Assembly (NCBI GenBank): GCA_018830005.1
Contig: JAHJTE010000002.1
Span: forward strand, 139,809-203,808
Direction of reading: 5' to 3'
Source: Candidatus Omnitrophota bacterium
GTDB lineage: Bacteria; Omnitrophota; Gorgyraeia; JAHJTE01
DNA length: 64,000 bases
Under the pieces are notes generated by a model that saw only the letters and a list, made by a program, of their open reading frames with translations, was not told the origin of the DNA and did not search any database. Below, piece by piece: positions 10,403 through 23,305 of the stretch. Position 1 is the first letter of the stretch, and every line of letters begins with the position of its first letter. A program made the position numbers and the translations under genes.

Positions 10403-11944
10403 TTATTCCCATTCAATAGTTGCCGGCGGCTTTGAACTTATGTCATAGACTACACGATTGACGCCTCTTATTTCATTGATAACTCGATTAGAGATTATTT
10501 CTAAAAGGCCTCTAGGTAGCCTTGCCCAGTCAGCTGTCATACCATCTCGGCTCGTAACAGCCCGGATTGCAACCACATTCTCATAAGAGCGTTTATCACC
10601 CATGACTCCCACTGTTTTTATCGGTAACAAAACTGCAAATGCCTGCCAGATAGCATCGTATTTACCAGCCTTTTTTATCTCTTCAATAACAATCGCATCA
10701 ACCTCTCTTAGAATCTCCAAGCGCGCCTCAGTTACCTCTCCGATTATACGCACAGCAAGCCCTGGTCCAGGAAACGGATGTCGATTAGCTATCGAGCCAG
10801 GTAATTCTAATACGTGTGCAATCTGCCTCACCTCATCCTTGAATAATTCTCTTAAAGGCTCTATAAGTTTTAGCTTTAAATTCTTAGGCAGGCCTCCCAC
10901 ATTGTGATGGCTTTTTATTTTGGCACTGGGAGATCCAGTGCTTGAGACTGACTCTATAACGTCTGGATAAAGCGTGCCTTGTGCGAGAAATTTTGCATCC
11001 TTAAATTTACGCGCCTCTTCTTTAAATACGTTTATAAATTCGCGTCCGATAATTATGCGTTTCTTCTCTGGGTCAGTAACCCTCCTCAGCTTGCTTAAGA
11101 AACGTTTTCTGGCGTCTACAAAATCAATGTCCAGATTAAGGTTATCCGCGAATGTCTCTTTTAGCCTTTTTGCTTCATCTTTTCTCAGGAGACCATTATC
11201 AACAAAAATACACTTTGACTGTCTAGAACAGGCCTTATGTAAAAGTATAGCCAATACAGAAGAATCAACCCCGCCTGAGAGCCCACAGATAACCTCACCC
11301 TTACCAACCTTGTTTCTGATATTGGAAATTGTCTCTTTAACAAACGACTCTATCTGCCAAGTGCCTTTACATTTACAAATTTTAAATAAAAAATTAGCTA
11401 ATATATTATTACCCAAAGGAGTATGGACAACCTCAGGATGAAACTGAACGCCATAAATCCTTTTTTTAGCATTGGCAATACTGGCAAAAGTACTATTCCT
11501 ACTATGGGCAATCGCACTAAAGTTTACAGGCGCTTTCTTTAGACAATCTCCGTGGCTCATCCAGCAGGAAATCTTCTTTGGCAAAGACTTAAATAAATCA
11601 CCCCTGCTTTTTATAAGAAGATTTGCCTTCCCGTATTCGCGCCTCCCACTACGCCCTACCTCTCCACCCAATAAATAAGCCATTAATTGCATTCCGTAAC
11701 AAATCCCTAAGATAGGAATGCCAAGATTAAAGATGCCTTTATGAGGTAAGGGGGCATTGCGATCATAAACGCTTGCCGGACCACCAGAGAGAATTATGCC
11801 TTTGGGTTTGAGTGCGCGAATGCGACTTGGACTAATGGAAAATGGAACAATCTGACTGTAGGCCTTTAGTTCACGGATGCGCCTTGCTATCAACTGAGTA
11901 TACTGAGAACCAAAGTCTAATATTAGGATAGTTTCGCGAGACAT
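10403..11944 (-). CDS. guaA: GMP synthase (glutamine-hydrolysing)
   Basis: [40 protein letters not shown]. Confidence 0.97.
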   Translation of the reverse strand: MSRETILILDFGSQYTQLIARRIRELKAYSQIVPFSISPSRIRALKPKGIILSGGPASVYDRNAPLPHKGIFNLGIPILGICYGMQLMAYLLGGEVGRSGRREYGKANLLIKSRGDLFKSLPKKISCWMSHGDCLKKAPVNFSAIAHSRNSTFASIANAKKRIYGVQFHPEVVHTPLGNNILANFLFKICKCKGTWQIESFVKETISNIRNKVGKGEVICGLSGGVDSSVLAILLHKACSRQSKCIFVDNGLLRKDEAKRLKETFADNLNLDIDFVDARKRFLSKLRRVTDPEKKRIIIGREFINVFKEEARKFKDAKFLAQGTLYPDVIESVSSTGSPSAKIKSHHNVGGLPKNLKLKLIEPLRELFKDEVRQIAHVLELPGSIANRHPFPGPGLAVRIIGEVTEARLEILREVDAIVIEEIKKAGKYDAIWQAFAVLLPIKTVGVMGDKRSYENVVAIRAVTSRDGMTADWARLPRGLLEIISNRVINEIRGVNRVVYDISSKPPATIEWE

Positions 11945-11956
11945 TAAGGAAGTGAA

Positions 11957-13117
11957 TTATTTGCCCATTCCTACTCGTTGTACAGCCTGAAAGATTTTTC
12001 CCTCGGTCTGAATAGAAGGGGCAATAATTATTTCTACATCGTGCATCTGGCGAATTGTTGACACGCCAAGAGAGCCCATTGAAGTTGCTAAGGCACCCAT
12101 CAAATTCTGTGAGCCGTCATCGACTTTAGCCGGCCCGAAAAGAATCTCTTCTAAGGTTCCTACTGTCTTGACATTAATACGCGTACCGCGAGGAAGGTTA
12201 ACATGACTGGTTGCCATACCCCAATGAAAACCGCCTCCGGGAGCCTCTTTTGCCCTGGCAAAGGAAGAACCAATCATTACTGCATCCGAACCAGAGGCAA
12301 ACGCCTTGCATATATCCCCACCCGTATGCATACCACCGTCACATATTATAGGAACGTATCTGCCTGAACGTTTATAATAGTAATCCCTGGCAGCAGCTGC
12401 ATCAATTGTAGCTGTAACCTGAGGCACGCCAATACCAAGAACGCCGCGCGTAGTACAGGCTGCTCCAGGACCAATGCCAACAAGTACACCAGCAACACCA
12501 GTAGAAAGTAAATCTAACGTAACCTCATGGGTAACACAGTTGCCGACTAAAACCGGCACCTTCATGCCTTCTACAAACTTCTTTATATCTAAAGACTTGT
12601 ATGCCTTCGAAATATGTTTCGCTGTGGTAACCGTAGACTGAATTACAAAAAAATCAACTCCGGCTGAGGAGGCAATCTCTCCAAAACGCTTAGCATTCTG
12701 GGGAGTACAACTTACAATCACAGAAACCTTCTCTTCTTTTATCTGACCTATTCTTTTGGCAACCAACTTTTCTTTAATCGGCTCTTTATAAATTGACTGT
12801 ACTAATCTAGTTGCCTCTTCGTTTCCAGCCTTGGCTATTTTTCTTAAAACAAGGGCTGGCTTCTCGTAGCGAGTCTGTATGCCTTCGAGGTTTAAGACTG
12901 CAAGACCTCCTAATTTTCCCATTGTTACAGCAAAACGGACATCAACCACCCCATCCATTGCTGCAGCAATTATCGGTACCTTGAATGATTTATCTCCCAA
13001 CTTAAAACTGGTATCTACCTCAAGAGGATTCACAGTCACATTTCCCGGGACAAGCGCAACCTCATCAAAACCATAACAACGTCTTGCTCGCCTTCCTATG
13101 CCAACCCATTCTGCCAT
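11957..13117 (-). CDS. guaB: GuaB3-family IMP dehydrogenase, no CBS domains
   Basis: GIGPGAACTTR catalytic Cys loop, DGG, AVMIGS, WGMA; directly upstream of guaA. Confidence 0.88.
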   Translation of the reverse strand: MAEWVGIGRRARRCYGFDEVALVPGNVTVNPLEVDTSFKLGDKSFKVPIIAAAMDGVVDVRFAVTMGKLGGLAVLNLEGIQTRYEKPALVLRKIAKAGNEEATRLVQSIYKEPIKEKLVAKRIGQIKEEKVSVIVSCTPQNAKRFGEIASSAGVDFFVIQSTVTTAKHISKAYKSLDIKKFVEGMKVPVLVGNCVTHEVTLDLLSTGVAGVLVGIGPGAACTTRGVLGIGVPQVTATIDAAAARDYYYKRSGRYVPIICDGGMHTGGDICKAFASGSDAVMIGSSFARAKEAPGGGFHWGMATSHVNLPRGTRINVKTVGTLEEILFGPAKVDDGSQNLMGALATSMGSLGVSTIRQMHDVEIIIAPSIQTEGKIFQAVQRVGMGK

Positions 13118-13193
13118 GTTAAAAGCTCCATTTTTAACACAGGTAATCAGCTGTGTTTTTAGTTATAAATATAGGCTTTCTTGATGAATTAAC

Positions 13194-13222
13194 ATTCTAT
13201 CTAATCTTAATAACAATGTCAA
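13194..13222 (-). promoter_or_regulatory. Putative sigma70 promoter of guaB-guaA
   Basis: TTGACA (13217-13222), 17 nt, TAGAAT (13194-13199). Confidence 0.6.
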
Positions 13223-13265
13223 TTTAAAAAATAGATTTGATTAGGGTGCTAGAGTCATAAAATTT

Positions 13266-13303
13266 AAAAAAATAGGCAGGACAAACCACTCTATCCTGCC
13301 TAT
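13266..13303 (-). terminator. Rho-independent terminator after groEL
   Basis: 10-bp stem ATAGGCAGGA/TCCTGCCTAT followed by a T-tract on the minus strand. Confidence 0.8.
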
Positions 13304-13340
13304 CTGTTTTTTCTTGTGAGAGAATGCGCAAATTAGCTTA

Positions 13341-15017
<1,677 letters not shown>

Positions 15018-15308
15018 TTATTTTAGAATCGCAAATATATCCTCTTCTCGCATGATAAGAAGCTCTTGGCCATCTTTGGTAGTAACTTCTGTTCCGGAAT
15101 ATTTTCCATAAAGGACCTTATCGCCAACTTTAACCTCTAATTTTTGAAGAGTCCCTTCTTTGCCAATCTTTCCTTTTCCTACTGCAACTACTTTACCTTC
15201 TTGAGGCTTCTCTTTTGCGGTATCTGGTAGAACAATGCCGCCTTTTGTTTTAGTTTCAGCCTCTAATGATTTAACAACTACACGATCTCCTAATGGCTGA
15301 ATATTCAT
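15018..15308 (-). CDS. groS: Co-chaperonin GroES
   Basis: [19 protein letters not shown]. Confidence 0.98.
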   Translation of the reverse strand: MNIQPLGDRVVVKSLEAETKTKGGIVLPDTAKEKPQEGKVVAVGKGKIGKEGTLQKLEVKVGDKVLYGKYSGTEVTTKDGQELLIMREEDIFAILK

Positions 15309-15392
15309 ACAACAACCTCCTTCCTTTAAGTTAAATTATGTAACTTCTTCTGATACGTTAAGTTTCGTGCCTCTTGGAATCTATTTGTTTTT

Positions 15393-15419
15393 TTAGCACT
15401 CGATTTTTAAGAGTGCTAA
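15393..15419. promoter_or_regulatory. CIRCE element (HrcA operator)
   Basis: Exact TTAGCACTC-N9-GAGTGCTAA upstream of groES. Confidence 0.97.
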
Positions 15420-15426
15420 GAAAGGT

Positions 15427-15454
15427 ATTCTACATTAAAGTAAAATTTTGTCAA
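15427..15454 (-). promoter_or_regulatory. Putative sigma70 promoter of groESL
   Basis: TTGACA (15449-15454), 16 nt, TAGAAT (15427-15432), just upstream of CIRCE. Confidence 0.65.
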
Positions 15455-15488
15455 GAGTTTTTTTAAAAACCAAGGGTTAAGCGCAAGA

Positions 15489-16259
15489 TTATATCTGAGC
15501 TAACAAATTAAGGGCTTTCAAGGTTAGGTCTTCATCTACAATATCTATGCTTCCAGCCAGGAATCTACGAATGATCTTTATGTCACCGCCAGTTGCAGCT
15601 ACCTTAGCATTTTTGCCGATTTTTTTCTTCACCTCTTTAATCAGCTCCTTAATCATGCATGAAAAACCAAAGAACAATCCGCTATATATACTCTGGCTCG
15701 TTGTTCTTCCTATCAAAGGCAGTTTAGCTGGCTTTTTGCTTAAGCTTAAACTTGGAAGTAATGCTGTTTTTTGCGAAAGTGCCTCAAGACTTATCTTTAG
15801 ACCGGGTGTGATTATGCCGCCAAGATAGGCGCGGCCTTTAGAAACAGCTTCAATAGTAACAGCTGTTCCAAAGTCCAAGATTATGAGTGGCTGACCATAG
15901 AACCTTGCGGCAGCATAAGCAGTAACTAATCTATCCTGACCAACAGACTCGGGGTGTTTATATAAATTTTTTATTGGGACAATTAAATCTTCGCCGCAAA
16001 ATACAGGTTTAACTTTAAGGATTTTCCTTAACTCGAAGCTCAACACCTTATTCATATCCGGCACAACGCTACATATTATTATTGCATCTGGATGCGCCCC
16101 TAAATGCTTAAGACGCATAAGATGTCTTCTTAAAACAGGCCGGCTTGATCTGGTTGCAATACTAATTTTAGATTTTAATACAGATTTTCTAAATAGACCA
16201 ATACTAATATTGGTATTGCCTACGTCTATAGCTATTATCAGAGATTTTCTATTTTTCAA
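15489..16259 (-). CDS. coaX: Type III pantothenate kinase
   Basis: IDVGNTN, GQDR, DFGTAVT, GGIITPG. Confidence 0.92.
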   Translation of the reverse strand: MKNRKSLIIAIDVGNTNISIGLFRKSVLKSKISIATRSSRPVLRRHLMRLKHLGAHPDAIIICSVVPDMNKVLSFELRKILKVKPVFCGEDLIVPIKNLYKHPESVGQDRLVTAYAAARFYGQPLIILDFGTAVTIEAVSKGRAYLGGIITPGLKISLEALSQKTALLPSLSLSKKPAKLPLIGRTTSQSIYSGLFFGFSCMIKELIKEVKKKIGKNAKVAATGGDIKIIRRFLAGSIDIVDEDLTLKALNLLAQI

Positions 16260-18231
16260 TTTTAACCTTCTCCTTTCTTAAGCTAAGAAGTTTATCGCGA
16301 ATCTGAGCAGCACTTTCAAACTGCAAATTACGTGCTGCCAGTTCCATATCATGTTCAAGTTCAGCTATTATTATCTCCCTTTCAAATTCATGCGGAGTTA
16401 GATCTGTCTGCTCTCTGACCAATTCCCCTGCTTCATATTCCTTCTCAATGCCCTCTGAAATCGCCTTTTTTATTCCGCGCGGCGTTATCTTATTGCGACG
16501 ATTAAATTCTATCTGTTTTTTCCTTCTGCGATTGCATTCTGAAATTGCGGCCTTCATTGACCCGGTAATTCTATCTGCATACATAATAACAGTTCCGTTG
16601 ATATTACGCGCTGCCCTGCCTGCAGTCTGAATCAAAGAAGTCTCAGAACGCAGGAAACCTTCCTTGTCTGCATCAAGTATTGCTACTAAGGATACCTCTG
16701 GTAAATCCAGGCCTTCACGCAGGAGATTTATTCCCACAAGGCAATCAAACTTTTTCTTTCTTAAGTCCCTTAAAATCTGGCTACGACTAATTGTGTTGAT
16801 TTCAGAATGTAAATAAGTAACATTTATGCCTTCTTCTTTAAGATAGGTTGAAAGATCTTCTGCCATTCGTTTCGTAAGTGTTGTAATCAATACACGCTCT
16901 GATCTTTTGGCCCTTAAACCTATCTCCTTTATCAAATCATCCACCTGACCCCTAGTCTCTCTCAGGATAATCTCCGGATCAACGAGCCCGGTGGGCCTTA
17001 TAATCTGCTCAACTATTTTAGACTTACTTCTTTCAATCTCAAAGTTAGATGGCGTTGCCGATACATAAACTGTCTGATTGATTAAGGATAAAAATTCTTC
17101 AAACTTCAAAGGTCGGTTATCCAAACAGGAAGGCAAACGAAATCCATATTCAACAAGGGTTTGTTTTCTTGCTTTATCGCCTTCATACATACCTCTAATC
17201 TGAGGAACGGCAACATGTGATTCATCAATAATAAGAAGAAAATCCTTAGGAAAATAATCCACCAGACAATATGGTCTGCTGCCAGCAGGCCTTCCCGATA
17301 AATGCCGGGAGTAATTTTCAATTCCATGACAATACCCAACTTCCTTTAACATCTCCATATCATATTTAGTGCGGGTTGCCAACCGATGTGCCTCTAGAAT
17401 CCTGCCTTCTTTTTTTAAACCTTTGAGTCTTTCCTCTAATTCTTTATCTATAGAAATCAAGGCAGACTCTATTTGGTTTTCACCTACCATAAAATGTTTT
17501 GCAGGGTATAGTGATATCTTATCCAGTGTAGAAATCACCTTGGAATTAAGCACTTGGAATGTTGAAATAGAAAGAATCTCATCTGTGCCTAATTCTAATC
17601 TGTAGGCATCCTGCAAATAAGGCGCAAATATATCCAAATGCTGGCCTCTAATCCTGAATTTTCCTGGTCTAAAATCAAAATCACTACGTTCATATTGCAA
17701 ACTTACTAAATCCTGCATAATTTGCGTTCTATCCAGGTTCTGACCGACTTTAAACATCAAAGTTGAATCCTGATATTCCCTGGGTGAGCCTATATTATAA
17801 ATACATGAAACCGATGCTACTATCAAGCAATCGCGTCTGGCCATTAGAGAGCTCGTAGCTGAAAGACGCAGGCGATCTAAGCGCTCATTGATTGAGGCAT
17901 CCTTCTCTATATAGGTATCAGTAGCTGGAATATAGGCCTCTGGTTGATAGTAATCATAGTAACTGACAAAATACCCTACTGAATTTTGCGGAAAAAACCC
18001 CTTGAATTCAGTATAAAGCTGAGCAGCCAATGTCTTATTATGAGAAATAACCAATGCTGGTCGATTGATCTTCTCAATCAGATTGGCTAAGGTAAATGTT
18101 TTACCGCTTCCGGTTACTCCTAATAAAACCAAGGAATCAGCGCCTGCGGATATTTCTTTAAACAGAGAGTTAATAGCCTGGGGTTGGTCACCACAAGGCT
18201 TAAAATCAGAAACTAATTTGAATTTATCCAT
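16249..18231 (-). CDS. uvrB: Excinuclease ABC subunit B
   Basis: GVTGSGKT, YYDYYQPEAY, IDESH, C-terminal UVR domain. Confidence 0.97.
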   Translation of the reverse strand: MDKFKLVSDFKPCGDQPQAINSLFKEISAGADSLVLLGVTGSGKTFTLANLIEKINRPALVISHNKTLAAQLYTEFKGFFPQNSVGYFVSYYDYYQPEAYIPATDTYIEKDASINERLDRLRLSATSSLMARRDCLIVASVSCIYNIGSPREYQDSTLMFKVGQNLDRTQIMQDLVSLQYERSDFDFRPGKFRIRGQHLDIFAPYLQDAYRLELGTDEILSISTFQVLNSKVISTLDKISLYPAKHFMVGENQIESALISIDKELEERLKGLKKEGRILEAHRLATRTKYDMEMLKEVGYCHGIENYSRHLSGRPAGSRPYCLVDYFPKDFLLIIDESHVAVPQIRGMYEGDKARKQTLVEYGFRLPSCLDNRPLKFEEFLSLINQTVYVSATPSNFEIERSKSKIVEQIIRPTGLVDPEIILRETRGQVDDLIKEIGLRAKRSERVLITTLTKRMAEDLSTYLKEEGINVTYLHSEINTISRSQILRDLRKKKFDCLVGINLLREGLDLPEVSLVAILDADKEGFLRSETSLIQTAGRAARNINGTVIMYADRITGSMKAAISECNRRRKKQIEFNRRNKITPRGIKKAISEGIEKEYEAGELVREQTDLTPHEFEREIIIAELEHDMELAARNLQFESAAQIRDKLLSLRKEKVKIEK

Positions 18232-18239
18232 GGGTTAGA

Positions 18240-19091
18240 TTAAGCGATATCTAAACTAAAATCTATAGCTTTAGGCGAATGGGTAAGGCAACCAACGGAA
18301 ATGAAATCCACCCCAGTCTTTGCAATGGCATGCACATTCTGCAGAGAAACTCCACCCGAGGCCTCAAGTTTTGTTTTAGGGCTGAATCTTCTTTTCAAAA
18401 TCAGGCATGTTTTTAATTGCGCAAGGCTCATATTATCAAGCATTATAATATCTGGAGCAAAATGAATGATTTGAGAAAATTCCTTTATGTTCTCGATTTC
18501 TATCTCAATCTTGGTATTACTGGAGGTTTTAAGTTTAGCCTTCTTGATTATATCTTTAAGATTATGGCCTCTTAGGATCTTTTTATGATTATCCTTAATA
18601 ATAACTGAATCTGCAAGCGACATCCTATTTTTAATTCCGCCACCACAGCTAAAGGCATATTTCTCAAGCTGCCTCATAAGCGGAATTGTCTTTCGCGTAT
18701 CCATAATCTTTACTTTTGTGCCTCTGACCTTGTTTAGGAATTTAGCTGTTAAGGTTGCAATGCCACTCATGTGAGAGAGAAAATTAAGAGCTACTCTCTC
18801 TCCGGAAAGAATTGCCCTGGCATTGCCGCTTATCTTAGCTACGATACTGCCTTTGCCTATTGCAGCCCCATCCTTAAATCTACTAACAAATTTTAAATGA
18901 GGGTGAATCGCCTTAAAGACTGCCTTTGCTACTGCCAGGCCTGAAAGGATACAATCCTCTCGCGCAATAATCTGTGCATTGGCTTTCCTCTTGCGTCCGA
19001 TTAAGGCCTTTGTAGTAATATCAAAAGAGGCCTTATCCTCTCTTAATGCCTTAAGGACTATATCTTTAATCTTTGAATTATTTAAGTACAC
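18240..19091 (-). CDS. nadC: Nicotinate-nucleotide diphosphorylase (carboxylating)
   Basis: DTRKT, IKDNH, MLDN, EASGG, GCLTHS. Confidence 0.93.
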   Translation of the reverse strand: MYLNNSKIKDIVLKALREDKASFDITTKALIGRKRKANAQIIAREDCILSGLAVAKAVFKAIHPHLKFVSRFKDGAAIGKGSIVAKISGNARAILSGERVALNFLSHMSGIATLTAKFLNKVRGTKVKIMDTRKTIPLMRQLEKYAFSCGGGIKNRMSLADSVIIKDNHKKILRGHNLKDIIKKAKLKTSSNTKIEIEIENIKEFSQIIHFAPDIIMLDNMSLAQLKTCLILKRRFSPKTKLEASGGVSLQNVHAIAKTGVDFISVGCLTHSPKAIDFSLDIA

Positions 19092-21726
19092 GATGAATTT
19101 CTTTTAGCTTTTTTAGGCTATGTTGATAAACCTGCAGTTTATCTCTCTGGCGAGTTAGGACATCTTTGGGGGCCTTTGCTAAGAACTGTTTATTTTTTAA
19201 TTGGGAGGCGATATTCTCGCTATTTTTGGTTAATAGAGCAATGCGTTTTTCTATAGTTTTTAATCGGATTGCAGTATCACTAGCAGCAAAGGGTATATAA
19301 ATACTCAAGCCCCCCTCTACATCCGCTATTGCCTTTGGCGGCTTCTTGGCAGAAACTGCAAACTCACAAGACTTAGACTTTGTTAACTCCTTAAATCTAT
19401 GCTTCAGGCTTTCTAAAAAGGCAATATCCTTCTTAGAATCAGAGCTTACCAACACATCAATTAGGTCTGACTTATCAAGACCTAAGTCAGCACGTAAATC
19501 CCTTACCCTCTTGACCAAAGACATGAAAACAGCCATCTCGCTCTCCAGTCTAGAATCTATAAATTTAGTATTAACCTCAGGGTATGGTCCATACATTATT
19601 GAGACGTTATCAGCCTCAGCCTTGATCAGGGATGAAATCTCTTCAGTAATAAAAGGCATGAAAGGATGTAATAATTTTAAAAAGTCACTCATACAGTAAA
19701 TTAATACAGCCTTGGTTTGAAGACGACCCTTAGCTACATCATCCTTAGCAATTTCAATAAACCAATCACAAAATTCGTGCCAGAAAAATTCGTACAAAGA
19801 TTTAGCGCTCTCACTAAAATTATATTTTCCTAAATTGCTCCTGAGTCTAGCTATTGTGTGCTGCAATCTGCTCAAAATCCAGCGCTCAGCTAAATTTAAG
19901 TCTTTTAATTCAACTGCAGGCAGTTTGGATTCACCCATATTCATAAGGATGAATCTTGAGGCATTCCAGATTTTATTCGCAAAGTTCCTGCCCATTTGAA
20001 ACTTCTCTTTTGATAAAAATATGTCCTGGCCTGTAGCAGTAAAAGATGCCAAGCTGAAACGTAAAACATCAGCCCCGTATTCATTAATTACCTCTAAGGG
20101 GTCAATAATATTGCCTAAAGACTTGGACATCTTTTTTCCCTCGATATCACGCACTGTACCGTGGATATAGACGTCATTAAACGGGATATCCTTCATAAAT
20201 TCAAGCCCGGCCATAATCATCCTGGCAACCCAGAAGAATATTATCTCAGGTGCTGTAACCAAGCAATCTGTGGGATAAAAATATTTCAGATCTCTCAAGA
20301 CCTTTTTGCTTTGACTTGGCCAGCCAAAAGTAGCAAAAGACCAAAGCCAGGAAGAAAACCAGGTATCAAGGACATCTTCATCCTGTTTAAGATTTGTCGA
20401 CTTGCAAGAAAGGCAGGCCTTAGGATGCTCAATACTTGCCATTGGCTTACCCTTGCAATCCAGACAATACCATATCGGCAGTCTATGCCCCCACCAGATC
20501 TGGCGAGATATACACCAATCTCTGATATTCTCCATCCAGTTAAGATAGACCTTAGTCCAACGCTGGGGATAAAACTTTATCTTGCCTTTTTTCACCGCAA
20601 GAATAGCAGGTTTGGCCAGGGCCTTCATCTTAACAAACCATTGACGCGACAAATATGGTTCAATTATCGTATGACAACGATAACAATGACCAGCAGAAAG
20701 CTGATAATCCTCTATTTTTTCTAAAAGGCCTTCTGTTTTCAAATCTTCTAGAATCATCTGGCGCGCCTTAAATCTATCCAGGCCCTTGTATTTACCAGCG
20801 CGTTCATTCATTGATGCATCCGGATGCATGACATTTACAAACTCCAAGTTATGCCTCTTGCCTAATGACTCATCATTAGGATCATGGGCTGGAGTAACCT
20901 TTACTGCGCCTGTTCCAAATTCTTTATCTACAATACTGTCTGCAATAATCTTTATCTCTCTGTTGATCAGAGGCAGAATTAAAGTCTTGCCAATAAATTT
21001 GTTATAACGCTTATCTTTAGGATTCACTGCTACTGCCGTATCTCCCAACATCGTTTCAGGTCTAGTTGTGGCAACAATAATGAATTCATCAGGCCTATCC
21101 TGAAATGGATACTTTAAATAATAAAGATTGCCTTTTAATTCACTGTAGGGAGCCTCTTCATCTGAAAGGGCAGTAAGACAGCGCGGACACCAATTAATAA
21201 CCTTATCATCCTGATAGATTAAACCTTTATTCCAAAGTTTAATAAAGACCTCTTTCACAGCATAAGAATAATCTTCATCCATAGTAAAGCGCGTACGTGA
21301 CCAGTCACAGGAGGCGCCTATTTTTTTAAGTTGGTGTATTATCATCAAACCGTATTCCTCTTTCCACTTCCAGACCTCTCTTAAAAACTTTTCCCTGCCT
21401 AAATCCTGCCTTCTAAGCCCTTGCTTGGCTATTGCCTTTTCAACGACATTCTGGGTGGCAATTCCAGCATGATCTGTTCCTGGCATCCACAATGTTTCAT
21501 AGCCAGCCATTCTGGCAAATCTAATAAGGACATCTTGGTAGGTATTGTTTAAGGCATGGCCCATATGCAAGATGCCAGTAACATTAGGCGGTGGTATCAT
21601 AATAGTATAGGGACTCTTCCTGGAATTAATCTCAGCATGAAACAAACCTTGCCTCTGCCAGAAATCATACCATTTTTCTTCGATTTTTTCCGGATTATAG
21701 CGGGTAGGAATATCGGGGTTCATCAT
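19078..21726 (-). CDS. valS: Valine--tRNA ligase
   Basis: PPPNVTGILHMGH, DTWFSS, KMSKS, C-terminal coiled coil. Confidence 0.97.
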   Translation of the reverse strand: MMNPDIPTRYNPEKIEEKWYDFWQRQGLFHAEINSRKSPYTIMIPPPNVTGILHMGHALNNTYQDVLIRFARMAGYETLWMPGTDHAGIATQNVVEKAIAKQGLRRQDLGREKFLREVWKWKEEYGLMIIHQLKKIGASCDWSRTRFTMDEDYSYAVKEVFIKLWNKGLIYQDDKVINWCPRCLTALSDEEAPYSELKGNLYYLKYPFQDRPDEFIIVATTRPETMLGDTAVAVNPKDKRYNKFIGKTLILPLINREIKIIADSIVDKEFGTGAVKVTPAHDPNDESLGKRHNLEFVNVMHPDASMNERAGKYKGLDRFKARQMILEDLKTEGLLEKIEDYQLSAGHCYRCHTIIEPYLSRQWFVKMKALAKPAILAVKKGKIKFYPQRWTKVYLNWMENIRDWCISRQIWWGHRLPIWYCLDCKGKPMASIEHPKACLSCKSTNLKQDEDVLDTWFSSWLWSFATFGWPSQSKKVLRDLKYFYPTDCLVTAPEIIFFWVARMIMAGLEFMKDIPFNDVYIHGTVRDIEGKKMSKSLGNIIDPLEVINEYGADVLRFSLASFTATGQDIFLSKEKFQMGRNFANKIWNASRFILMNMGESKLPAVELKDLNLAERWILSRLQHTIARLRSNLGKYNFSESAKSLYEFFWHEFCDWFIEIAKDDVAKGRLQTKAVLIYCMSDFLKLLHPFMPFITEEISSLIKAEADNVSIMYGPYPEVNTKFIDSRLESEMAVFMSLVKRVRDLRADLGLDKSDLIDVLVSSDSKKDIAFLESLKHRFKELTKSKSCEFAVSAKKPPKAIADVEGGLSIYIPFAASDTAIRLKTIEKRIALLTKNSENIASQLKNKQFLAKAPKDVLTRQRDKLQVYQHSLKKLKEIHRVLK

Positions 21727-23300
21727 TGATTAGACTTTGCATCTTTAGATAATTTATATTCAACTGAATCCATTAATGCCTGCCAACTGGCTTCGATAAT
21801 GTTTTCAGAAACGCCTACAGTTCCCCAGGAAGCCTCTTCATCTTGAGATTGAATCAACACCCTTACCTTAGCTGCTGTTCCGGATTTTGCATCCAGAACT
21901 CGAACCTTAAAATCAGATAGGCGCATCTTAGAAAGGGTTGGATAAAAACCTTTTAAAGATTTACGCAAGGCATTATCCAAGGCGTTTATAGGACCATCAC
22001 CTTCAGCAGTAGTATGCTCAATTGCCTTATTGACTTTTAACTTGATAGTTGCCTCACTCACTAGTTTTCCGCTTTGTTTTTTCTCGATAATAACGCGAAA
22101 ACTTTCAAGCTCGAAAAATTTGGAGTGCCTTTTAAATGCCTTTTGTAATAACAAGGCAAAGGATCCATCCGCAGCCTCAAATTGATATCCTTTATGCTCT
22201 AGGTCTTGCAAGAGTTTAAGCAACTTTTCAGCCTCAGGCGACTTTTTCTCCAAATCAAATTCCAGTTCTTTGGCCTTTATAACTAAAGGAGTCTTGCCTG
22301 CTAACTCCGAGACAAGAATCTTCCTGCTATTCCCCACTGCCTCTGGATCAATATGTTCGTAGGTCTTGGGGTTTTTTGTCATTGCATCAATATGCACGCC
22401 TCCTTTGTGAGCAAATGCAGAATGGCCCACAAAGGGGAGATTATTGGGTTGTATGATATTTGCTACTTCACAAATATAACGTGAAACCTCTGTAAGCTTT
22501 TTTAATTGAGCCTCAGATATGCAATTAATCCTAAGTTTTAATTTAGCTATGGCTATAACACTGCATAAGTCAGCATTGCCACAGCGCTCTCCTAATCCAT
22601 TGATCGTTCCCTGTGCCTGAGAACAGCCATTCTCAATTGCAACAATCGAATTTGCAACTGCCAGCCCTAAATCATTATGCGTATGAATTCCCAAGGGAGC
22701 ATTTATCTTAGAGCTAACTTCTTTTATTATCTCTCTAAGTTGGGAAGTAACTGTGCCGCCGTTAGTATCACAAAGCACAAGTAATTTTGCTCCGCTTGCT
22801 GCTGCGACCTCTAAGGTCTTTAGCGCATAATCCCTGTTGGACTTGTAGGCATCGAAGAAATGCTCGGCATCAAAAAATACCTCTCTTTTATTAGAAACCA
22901 GATATTTGATACTCGCCTCGATTATCCTAAGGTTCTCATCAAGACTCACCTTAAGCACATCCTTAACATGTAAATCCCAGGATTTACCAAAAATAGTAAT
23001 TACCTTTGTTTGGGCCTGAAGCAATCTCTTTATGTTCTCATCTGTTAGGACAGTTTTATTTACCCGATGAGTCGAGCCAAAAGCAACTAGTTGACTAAAG
23101 CTTAATGGGTTCTTCTTCAAGATTTCAAATACCTTTCTGTCTTTGGTATTAGACGGCCAACCAGCCTCGATGAAATGGACACCCAGTTCGTCCAAAACCC
23201 TGGCAATCCTGATTTTATCCTCTAGGGAGAAAGAAATACCTTCTGTCTGAGCCCCATCGCGCAATGTGGTATCATATAAGAAAAGTGTTTTAGGTAACAT
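21723..23300 (-). CDS. cimA: Citramalate synthase
   Basis: DTTLRDGAQ, FGKSWDLHV, FDAEHFFD, HKGGVH, LeuA-like regulatory domain. Confidence 0.9.
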   Translation of the reverse strand: MLPKTLFLYDTTLRDGAQTEGISFSLEDKIRIARVLDELGVHFIEAGWPSNTKDRKVFEILKKNPLSFSQLVAFGSTHRVNKTVLTDENIKRLLQAQTKVITIFGKSWDLHVKDVLKVSLDENLRIIEASIKYLVSNKREVFFDAEHFFDAYKSNRDYALKTLEVAAASGAKLLVLCDTNGGTVTSQLREIIKEVSSKINAPLGIHTHNDLGLAVANSIVAIENGCSQAQGTINGLGERCGNADLCSVIAIAKLKLRINCISEAQLKKLTEVSRYICEVANIIQPNNLPFVGHSAFAHKGGVHIDAMTKNPKTYEHIDPEAVGNSRKILVSELAGKTPLVIKAKELEFDLEKKSPEAEKLLKLLQDLEHKGYQFEAADGSFALLLQKAFKRHSKFFELESFRVIIEKKQSGKLVSEATIKLKVNKAIEHTTAEGDGPINALDNALRKSLKGFYPTLSKMRLSDFKVRVLDAKSGTAAKVRVLIQSQDEEASWGTVGVSENIIEASWQALMDSVEYKLSKDAKSNQ

Positions 23301-23305
23301 TTAAC